Assembly: GCF_050872565.1 (NCBI RefSeq)
Contig: NZ_JBNMHC010000001.1
Location: forward strand, 1 to 54,641
Direction of reading: 5' to 3'
DNA from: Butyricicoccus sp.
Lineage (GTDB): Bacteria > Bacillota > Clostridia > Oscillospirales > Butyricicoccaceae
Length of the DNA: 54,641 nucleotides
Part shown: positions 8,760 through 16,393 of the stretch, piece after piece
Layout of the letters: each line of letters begins with the position of its first letter
How positions within the stretch are numbered: position 1 is the stretch's first letter
The notes under the pieces: model-generated
Database searches by the model: none
What the model was told of the DNA's origin: nothing
Seen by the model: only the letters and a program-made list of their open reading frames with translations
Program-made: the position numbers and the translations under genes

Positions 8760-8868
8760 ATTATAGCAAATAAAAATGAGTATGTAAACTCAGAAAACTC
8801 AAAGTTTGCTCAAAGAACTGGGTTGACAAACGCATTTTTATATGGTACATTGAGTACACAAACTCAAT
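8760..8868. promoter_or_regulatory. Divergent promoter region with two TGAGT-N6-ACTCA operators (conjugation operon / repressor A)
   Basis: Plus strand TTGACA(8823)-17-TACATT; minus strand TATAAT (8760-8765); operators at 8777-8792 and 8851-8866. Confidence 0.8.
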
Positions 8869-8900
8869 ATATGTCTTTTATCGGAGGTGAGTATATATCT

Positions 8901-9074
8901 ATGAATGTCAATATTCAGTTGCCAGAGGCAACCGTACAGGAACAGTTAGAAGAAATGTTGCCGTCTATGACGGAGCAAGAATTGCTGCGTGTCCTCGCGT
9001 TTGCGCAAGGCACAGTCACGCGACTGGCTCTTTCCGAACCATCAACGAAGGAAGAAGGGAAAACAGATGGCTAA
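8901..9074 (+). CDS. Small hypothetical protein (57 aa), first gene of the transfer operon
   Basis: RBS GGAGGTG then ATG at 8901 (MNVNIQL...). Confidence 0.6.
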   Translation: MNVNIQLPEATVQEQLEEMLPSMTEQELLRVLAFAQGTVTRLALSEPSTKEEGKTDG

Positions 9075-9219
9075 AAATAGTGCTCCCATTTATTGGCTGC
9101 CTGAACTTACCGTAGAAGCAGAAGAATTGTCCGCCGAATTTCTGGCAGATATTTTTGCCCCTATCATCCAATCTAGGCTTGCTGCATCCGCTGATGAGCA
9201 ATCTAATAATCCAGAATAA
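9067..9219 (+). CDS. Small hypothetical protein (50 aa)
   Basis: Purine-rich RBS (GAAGGGA), ATG at 9067, overlaps the upstream stop. Confidence 0.5.
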   Translation: MAKNSAPIYWLPELTVEAEELSAEFLADIFAPIIQSRLAASADEQSNNPE

Positions 9220-9250
9220 GGAGCTGATTTAGACGGACTATCAAGACAAA

Positions 9251-9748
9251 TTGATACACATTACATATCAGGCAGCGATCACGTCGGGTCGAGAAATCAT
9301 GCAGCTTATGCCGCAGATCTTTTCAACTGTGTATCATTCCACCCAGCGTGTACAAGGCAAAGAAGGGAAAACAATACACGGCAAACAGAGTCTGCATGAT
9401 TTAAGTGCCCAAAACCGCGAATTATCTTCTATCAAAGTTTCGGACGAAGATATAAAAGCTCTGAAAAAAGAATTCAAATCTTATGCTGTTGATTTCAGTG
9501 TCTTGCGTGACAAAACAGACCAATCAACGCATATCTACTTCAAAGCACAAGATGTAGAGCGAGTATATGCTGCGCTGTCACATGTTGTAAAAAGCGTAGA
9601 CAAAGAACAAGATCGTCCACGCATCCGGAAGTTAGATGAAGCGATTCAAGCGGCAAAACAACGTGCCGAAGCATATAACAAGGCACACAATCAAGATCAA
9701 TCACAGCAGCATCAACGACAGAAATCACGAGGCGAACGAACGCAATGA
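9251..9748 (+). CDS. PcfB/DUF3801 family conjugation protein (start uncertain)
   Basis: GKQSLHDL...KSYAVDFSVLRDK...IYFKAQD; sits immediately before virD4. Confidence 0.75.
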   Translation: MIHITYQAAITSGREIMQLMPQIFSTVYHSTQRVQGKEGKTIHGKQSLHDLSAQNRELSSIKVSDEDIKALKKEFKSYAVDFSVLRDKTDQSTHIYFKAQDVERVYAALSHVVKSVDKEQDRPRIRKLDEAIQAAKQRAEAYNKAHNQDQSQQHQRQKSRGERTQ

Positions 9749-11571
9749 AAAAGAAAAATACAACTTCGTTCCTCATCTTTTCTGCTATCTGCTCGATATT
9801 AGCTGCCTATGTAGCAAATCGCGTTGCTGCCATTGCTATCTCTCTCCCCGGAGATGTCATCTTAAATATCAATACTGCACTTCAAACCGTTTTCACGGAT
9901 ATACAAGAAAATCCTTGGTATATCAGCAAAGATCAAAACGCCTTGATTGTATCTATGGCTGCCTGTTTTGCTGTCTGGCTTGCTGTATTGTATCGGCTGT
10001 CATGTGATGGCAACTACATGCCTGGCATTGAACATGGTTCTGCTGCATGGGGAACCGCCAAAGATAGCAAATATTTCAAGGATAAAACATTTTCAGAAAA
10101 TATTATCCTAACCCAAAGCGAATACATCAGTATTCATCCCAAATTCGTAAAAGTCGGCTTAGATACGTATGATCCCAATCATAATGTCTTAATTGTTGGT
10201 GCCCCCGGCACTGGTAAGACACGTAGATATTTGATACCTAATGTCATGCAGATGCATAGCTCTTATGTTATCACCGATCCAAAGGGAACGCTGTTGTATC
10301 AAGTCGGTTCCATGCTTCAGGAGAATGGCTATACCATTCGCGTTGTCAATCTTGTCGATACAAAAAAATCCAATCATTACAATCCATTCTGTTATTTGAA
10401 AGATGATATGGACATTCTACGGCTCGTAGACAATCTGATGGAAAATACTGAACCGCCAAATGCATCAAAAGGCGATTCCTTCTGGATTGACCAAGCACGT
10501 GGCTTATATTGTGCCTTGTTTGCGTATCTTTTATACGAAACTTGTCCGGAAGATCGAACCATGAAAAATGTGTTGAAACTTTTGTTGCTTGCCGAAGTTC
10601 ACGAAGGAGATGACGAGTATAAAACACCGCTTGATGTTTTGTTTGAAGATGTAGAAAAAGAAAAACCGGACTGCTTTGCTGTCGTTCAGTATAAAAAATT
10701 CAAGCAGTCCAAGGGAAGAACCGCTGCTTCTATTCTTGCAACGGCAAACAGCAGATTGGACAAGTTCTATGTAGATTCTGTCTCCGAATTAACCTCAACA
10801 GATGACCTGCATTTCGATCATTTAGGTGACGATCCAGAGCATCCCGTTGCATTGTTTGTCATTCTATCCGACACTAATAGCTCTTTGAATTTTTTAGCAG
10901 CTATGATGTTTCAGCAATTGTTTGACACGTTAATCTGGCGTGCAGATAACGTATATGACGGTTCGCTCCCCTGCCCTGTTCGTTTCATATTAGACGAATT
11001 CAAAAACATTGGTAAGATTCCAGATTTCGATAAAAAATATGCAACCATTCGTTCCAGAAATATCTCAGCAGATGTTATCTTACAGAGTTTGTCGCAGCTC
11101 AAGGAGATGTACAAAGAATCTTGGGAAAGCATCATTGGCTGCTGTGATTCACTGCTGTACTTAGGAAGCATCGAAACCTTTACCAATGAGTATGTGTCAA
11201 AGATGATTGGTAAAACAACGGTCGATAACAAAAACATTAGTGTCAGTAAGGGTTCACACGGTTCATATTCCCTCGCAGATCAAATCCTTGGTCGTGAACT
11301 GATTACACCGGATGAGCTGTCTCGTCTGCACAGCGAAGAATGTGTATTGATATTGGCTCATAAGAAACCATTCCGATCTTTGAAATATGACCCGACAAAA
11401 CATCCAAATTATTCACAGACTTCTCTTGCGGACAAGAAAAATACATTCCATCTGGAACAATGTAATTTAACTGCACCGGAAGAAGAAACCAATCACGCTG
11501 AGATGCAAGTGAATGAACTGGATTTGTCACCCGAAGATGCAAATGAATTCAATTCGTTATTTGAAGAATAA
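9745..11571 (+). CDS. virD4: Type IV coupling protein VirD4/TraG
   Basis: HGSAAWG, GAPGTGKT, TDPKG, ILDEFKNIG, QSLSQL, GRELITPDE. Confidence 0.95.
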   Translation: MKKKNTTSFLIFSAICSILAAYVANRVAAIAISLPGDVILNINTALQTVFTDIQENPWYISKDQNALIVSMAACFAVWLAVLYRLSCDGNYMPGIEHGSAAWGTAKDSKYFKDKTFSENIILTQSEYISIHPKFVKVGLDTYDPNHNVLIVGAPGTGKTRRYLIPNVMQMHSSYVITDPKGTLLYQVGSMLQENGYTIRVVNLVDTKKSNHYNPFCYLKDDMDILRLVDNLMENTEPPNASKGDSFWIDQARGLYCALFAYLLYETCPEDRTMKNVLKLLLLAEVHEGDDEYKTPLDVLFEDVEKEKPDCFAVVQYKKFKQSKGRTAASILATANSRLDKFYVDSVSELTSTDDLHFDHLGDDPEHPVALFVILSDTNSSLNFLAAMMFQQLFDTLIWRADNVYDGSLPCPVRFILDEFKNIGKIPDFDKKYATIRSRNISADVILQSLSQLKEMYKESWESIIGCCDSLLYLGSIETFTNEYVSKMIGKTTVDNKNISVSKGSHGSYSLADQILGRELITPDELSRLHSEECVLILAHKKPFRSLKYDPTKHPNYSQTSLADKKNTFHLEQCNLTAPEEETNHAEMQVNELDLSPEDANEFNSLFEE

Positions 11572-11611
11572 CATTGAAGATAAAAAATTTATTACACAAG
11601 GAGAAATCACT

Positions 11612-11815
11612 ATGGATACGCTCAACACTGTACTGAACACATTAACTACTTATGTAAAAATTGCTGGCGGCTTAGCCTGCGTATGGGGTGCCGTTACCCT
11701 TGGCACAAACTTAAATGACCATAATGGACCGGGTATCCAGCAGGGCATTTGGCGAATGGTTGGCGGCGGCGTAATTATTGCAGCTGCAATGCTGTTCGGA
11801 AATATCGCCAAATAA
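11612..11815 (+). CDS. Maff2/VirB2-like small membrane conjugation protein
   Basis: 67 aa with two hydrophobic segments (GGLACVWGAVTL; MVGGGVIIAAA); RBS AAGGAG. Confidence 0.75.
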   Translation: MDTLNTVLNTLTTYVKIAGGLACVWGAVTLGTNLNDHNGPGIQQGIWRMVGGGVIIAAAMLFGNIAK

Positions 11816-11821
11816 TCAGCT

Positions 11822-12643
11822 ATGACAGATGCCATTATGTCACTGCTGAAAAGCATCAATGATTCAATTGTCAACCTGTCAGCCAGTAGTGCGCTGACAG
11901 GTGGCATGAATAGCTTTTCCGGCAAGTTATATCAGTATATTTTAACCATTCAATCGAATGTTGCACTTCCGATTGCCTATGTCATCTTGTCTTTGTTCTG
12001 TGTTCTTGCTCTGTATGAAGTATCTATCCGAACAGAACACATTGGCAGTAATACGATGGGTGTTGAACTTGTGGTATCACTGCTGATTAAATTGTCCATC
12101 TGCATTTGGGCAATCGACAACTGTCCAACTATTTTGAACGCAATTTACGATGTGACTGTATATTTCACCAATCAGGTGCAGCAATATCTGTCTATGTCCA
12201 GTATGACAGGCTTTGATCTAGATGCGCTTGAAGAAGCCATTGATAGTCTGTCCTTCTGGTCAAAGTTCTTGGCGTTAATCGTCATGTTTATTACCAATCT
12301 GATTGTGCAAATTGCAGTTAAGATGGCACAAATCATTGTTATCGCACGTTTTGTGGAATTGTATTTGTATTTCTGTGTTGCACCAATTCCCGTGGCAACA
12401 TTGCCATCCGGCGAAATGTCTCAGATCGGAAAGAATTTTCTCAAGTCATTCGCTGCGGTTTGTCTGCAAGGTACGCTGATCTATCTGGTATTGTCGTTCT
12501 TCCCATTTATTGCAGACTTTTTCCTCGAAGGATCGGATAATTTTTTAGTCATCGCGGGAAATATGATCGGCTATGCAATCTTGCTGATTGTCGCTGTCTG
12601 GTCTACACAGAAGTGGGCAAAATCTATTTGCAACGCAATGTAA
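11822..12643 (+). CDS. VirB6/TrbL-like polytopic membrane protein
   Basis: RFVELYLYFCVAPIPVATL...IGKNFLKSFAAVCLQG. Confidence 0.85.
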   Translation: MTDAIMSLLKSINDSIVNLSASSALTGGMNSFSGKLYQYILTIQSNVALPIAYVILSLFCVLALYEVSIRTEHIGSNTMGVELVVSLLIKLSICIWAIDNCPTILNAIYDVTVYFTNQVQQYLSMSSMTGFDLDALEEAIDSLSFWSKFLALIVMFITNLIVQIAVKMAQIIVIARFVELYLYFCVAPIPVATLPSGEMSQIGKNFLKSFAAVCLQGTLIYLVLSFFPFIADFFLEGSDNFLVIAGNMIGYAILLIVAVWSTQKWAKSICNAM

Positions 12644-12653
12644 GGAGGAAATC

Positions 12654-13091
12654 ATGCTTCAAATTGAGGTTAACAATGAGATACGGAGCTATCAAGAGAA
12701 ATTATTCTTTGGAATGTCTCTCAGGCAGTTAGGCTTTACAGCCTTAGCACTGACTGTAGGTATTGGTTCATTTTTCGTCATGAAAAATATTCTACACATT
12801 CCGATTCCCGTTATTTCTTATGTTGTAGTTGCCATTTGTGCACCATTTATGGCACTCGGATTTATTCAAATTCATGGCTATCCGTTTGAAAAATATGTAA
12901 TGCTTCGGCTGCGACATTATAAACGCAGTCAAAAGCCTAGAATTTACGAAGTATTTTTGAAAATAGATAGCATGTATCCAGATGATACCCACGACATTCC
13001 CTACATCAAATGCCCAATGAATAATAGGAGGCGTAAAAATGCCGCTCTTCAAGAAATCAAATCCAGAGAAAGAGAAGACATCTCAGAATAA
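12654..13091 (+). CDS. prgI: PrgI family (VirB3-like) protein
   Basis: EIRSYQEKLFFGMSLRQL, two TM segments, GYPFEKY; RBS AAGGAGG. Confidence 0.85.
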   Translation: MLQIEVNNEIRSYQEKLFFGMSLRQLGFTALALTVGIGSFFVMKNILHIPIPVISYVVVAICAPFMALGFIQIHGYPFEKYVMLRLRHYKRSQKPRIYEVFLKIDSMYPDDTHDIPYIKCPMNNRRRKNAALQEIKSREREDISE

Positions 13092-16000
13092 AAAGAGCAA
13101 AAAGCAGGAGGAACGTCAGTTTTTAACTGCACAAGATTCTATTTTTTATCAATCTATGATGCAAGACGGTATGTGTATTCTCGGAGATGATATGTACTCA
13201 CGTACATATCGTTTCGATGATGTAAACTATCGTCTGAATCGCAGAGACGATCAGGAACAGACATTTATTAAGTTCTGTGAAATGTATAACTACTTAGACC
13301 CAGAAACATTTTTTCAAATTTTACTCGTCAATCGTACCGGCGATAGCAACAATTTCATGGAACAGATGTTTTATCCCTTGCATGGCGATGGATATGATGC
13401 ATACCGAAAAGAAGTAAATTCTGTCATTTCCAAACGAGGTTTGGAAGGCAACAACAATATTGTGAGAGATCGTTTTATCACATTCGGTCTTCATTCGTCC
13501 GATCCGCAGGCTGTCCGTCAAAAGCTGTCACGATTGGAAACGGATACTGCCCAGCAGTTTAAAGCGATGGGCAGCAATCTTCATTTGCTTTCCGGAGCGC
13601 AGCGCTTAGAAGTTATGTCCAGCTTGCTGAAACCGGATGAGCCATTTGATTTTACCTATGATGAGCTGCCTATCAGCGGCAGAAGCACAAAGGATTTTAT
13701 CTGCCCTTCGTCCTTTGATTTTAAACCTGTACGGACATTTCAGTTTGGAAGTAAAATCGGTCAAATTTTATATGCTTCAAAATTTCCAGATACACTGTCC
13801 GATGAAGTTCTCTGTGACATCTCCGATCTTCCAATCAATTTAGCCATCTCTCTTCACGTTCAAGCTGAAGATCAGAATAAGGCTCTGGATTATGTTCGGA
13901 AGCAGATTGCATTCATGGATCAGGAAGCATCAGATAAACAATCTAAAGCAAGCGCAAAGGGATATGCTGCTCAGATTTCGTTGTCGCAGGAATTCCAATA
14001 CAACTACGAAAAAGCCTTGCAATTAGTTCATAACATGCAATACAAAGATCAGCATTTGTTCCGCGCAACACTATTGGTCTTTACATACGCAGACACAGAA
14101 GATGAATTAAAGAAAAACGCAGATCAAATCTGCGCGATTGCGCGTCAGAAAGGTGTCACGTTAAGCACACTAGATTATGAACAAGAATACGGAATGAACA
14201 GTATTCTTCCTCTCGGCAGAAACTTTGTCCAGCACAAACGAACTATGACAACTGCTGCTGTTAGTATCTTCATGCCATTCATGGCAGTGGAGTTGCTGGA
14301 ACCGGGCGGCATCAACTATGGTATCAATTCTCGTTCCAATGCCCTGATTGCGTTTGACCGGACAAAAATGCGTGCCAGTAACGGTATGATTCTCGGTACG
14401 CCGGGATCTGGCAAGGGCATGTTTTCCAAGCAGGAGCTTACCAATGTATTTTTGAATCGTTGGAATGATGAAATCATTATTATCGACCCGGAAGGCGAAT
14501 ACGCACCGCTCGCAGACGTATTCCATAACGATTCTGAGGTGCTGCGCATTTATGGCGGCAGCGATACCCATTTGAATCCACTAGATATTTCCGAGAACTA
14601 CGGTGACGGTGATGATCCTCTGGCAACAAAGCTGGATTTTATCTGCTCCTTCATTGAGCTGCTGTCGTCCAGCCGTTCTAGTCTGGATGGCAGCGATGTC
14701 AGCATCATTGACCGTGCGTTGCATGAAACCTATCGAGATTATCTGGCAAATACAGAATCAACACCAATGCCAACTTTGGTTGATTTTTATAACGTGCTGG
14801 TTCAACAACCAGAGCAACGAGCACACGCAATCGCTTTGCAGTTGGAAGCATACATTACCGGTTCGCTGAATGTATTCAGCTATCGTACTAACGTAAACAC
14901 ATCCAAACGTCTTGTTGTCTATGACATCAAGAAACTTGGCAAGCATCTGCGCACCGTTGGCATGTTAACAGTACTCGATCAGGTATGGAATCGCATTACA
15001 TGCAATAGAGAACGCGGCATCCGCACATGGGTGTACATTGATGAAATCCAGTTACTATTTTCCAACAATTACTGTTCGGAATACTTCTTCGAGTTGTGGT
15101 CGCGTGCAAGAAAATGGGGCGCAATTCCAACCGGCATTACACAGAATGTAGAAACGCTGCTTCTGTCCGATACTGCACGCCGAATGCTCTCCAACTCTGA
15201 TTTCATCGTCATGCTAAATCAGTCGAGAAATGATAGCACCCAGCTTGCAAACTTATTGAATATTTCTCCACAGCAGTTGAGCTACATGGATAATGCGCTG
15301 CCCGGTCATGGACTGATGTTCGTGGAAGGACGTATTGTGCCATTCAATTCCGAATTCCCGAAGCAAACAAAGCTGTATGCTGCCATGACAACAAAATTGG
15401 AAGAAGTCGCAGCGCAAAAACGTCCGCAAGCCGTCAATTCACCAGTATCATCACAGCCAGTGTCCAATTCTCAAACCGTTCCGGAATCAGACATGCCTAC
15501 TCTGTATCCTGTTCGATTCGATGCATTTGGTTGTTGCTTAAAGACTGTAGATGCCGGCGTTCCACAATTTACAGAAGACGGACTATCTGATGTAGGATTC
15601 TCCATTCGTTCTAACGATTCCGATAAAGAATGGACAATTCGCACTGGAACAGATGGCACATTCGTTTTGCATCTTCCTATCGGAGAGTATACAGTCACTC
15701 CCCTTTCCGTTCCAAATGGTTATCTGTTTGATAGTAACGATGCATCATGCAGCATTACTGTTAATCAAGCAACGCAATTAAACTACGCTCTCTTGGAACA
15801 ATCAACAAAAATCAATTTTATCGTTGAAGCAGGTTATGACGATACTTTTGGTCTGAAAAAAGGTCGATTTATTGATATGGGTCTCTATTGTGCCGAAGAT
15901 ATAGTCGCAAAAGATGGAACAATTCTTTCCGCAAACAGTCTAATCGAACATGCTGAACAAGTTGAAGATTTGCAGGATGCTTATATCGTAGAGACTATGC

Positions 16001-16335
16001 TGACCGGCGAATTTTACTTATCTCCAGTGGCTCAATCCCCAACAGCCGGAATACGAATCCCACTCACCTTGCATCCGCACGAATATCAGCAGGTCTTGAA
16101 CCTTGATGAGCCTATCGTGATTCCTATCGAATACACAACCTTGTGTGGCAAGAAAGTGGATGAAGATGGCAATGCCTTAGCCAATGTTCATGTCGGTCTA
16201 TTTTCCACTAATTGTTCGGATTTCAATCCAGAAAATGCCATTGTAACTACGCAGGCAGATAACGATGGTAAATACAATTTTTCTATTCCGGCTTGTCTGT
16301 TAAATAACGACTGGAAAACACGAATCATCGCGTAA
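13039..16335 (+). CDS. virB4: VirB4-like conjugative ATPase with ~300-aa C-terminal extension of SpaA/CnaB-like domains
   Basis: GTPGSGKG, IIDPEGEY, YIDEIQ, RARKWGAIPTGITQN; extension follows MTTKLEE. Confidence 0.92.
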   Translation: MPLFKKSNPEKEKTSQNKKSKKQEERQFLTAQDSIFYQSMMQDGMCILGDDMYSRTYRFDDVNYRLNRRDDQEQTFIKFCEMYNYLDPETFFQILLVNRTGDSNNFMEQMFYPLHGDGYDAYRKEVNSVISKRGLEGNNNIVRDRFITFGLHSSDPQAVRQKLSRLETDTAQQFKAMGSNLHLLSGAQRLEVMSSLLKPDEPFDFTYDELPISGRSTKDFICPSSFDFKPVRTFQFGSKIGQILYASKFPDTLSDEVLCDISDLPINLAISLHVQAEDQNKALDYVRKQIAFMDQEASDKQSKASAKGYAAQISLSQEFQYNYEKALQLVHNMQYKDQHLFRATLLVFTYADTEDELKKNADQICAIARQKGVTLSTLDYEQEYGMNSILPLGRNFVQHKRTMTTAAVSIFMPFMAVELLEPGGINYGINSRSNALIAFDRTKMRASNGMILGTPGSGKGMFSKQELTNVFLNRWNDEIIIIDPEGEYAPLADVFHNDSEVLRIYGGSDTHLNPLDISENYGDGDDPLATKLDFICSFIELLSSSRSSLDGSDVSIIDRALHETYRDYLANTESTPMPTLVDFYNVLVQQPEQRAHAIALQLEAYITGSLNVFSYRTNVNTSKRLVVYDIKKLGKHLRTVGMLTVLDQVWNRITCNRERGIRTWVYIDEIQLLFSNNYCSEYFFELWSRARKWGAIPTGITQNVETLLLSDTARRMLSNSDFIVMLNQSRNDSTQLANLLNISPQQLSYMDNALPGHGLMFVEGRIVPFNSEFPKQTKLYAAMTTKLEEVAAQKRPQAVNSPVSSQPVSNSQTVPESDMPTLYPVRFDAFGCCLKTVDAGVPQFTEDGLSDVGFSIRSNDSDKEWTIRTGTDGTFVLHLPIGEYTVTPLSVPNGYLFDSNDASCSITVNQATQLNYALLEQSTKINFIVEAGYDDTFGLKKGRFIDMGLYCAEDIVAKDGTILSANSLIEHAEQVEDLQDAYIVETMLTGEFYLSPVAQSPTAGIRIPLTLHPHEYQQVLNLDEPIVIPIEYTTLCGKKVDEDGNALANVHVGLFSTNCSDFNPENAIVTTQADNDGKYNFSIPACLLNNDWKTRIIA

Positions 16336-16393
16336 TATATTTTAAAAATCCCTTACATGACTTTTCTCATGTAAGGGAGAAAGGAGTTTCTCT

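Noticed and set aside
16349-16378. 12-bp hairpin between virB4 and the hydrolase as a terminator
   Set aside because: No T-tract on the plus strand; may be an mRNA stability element but unsupported
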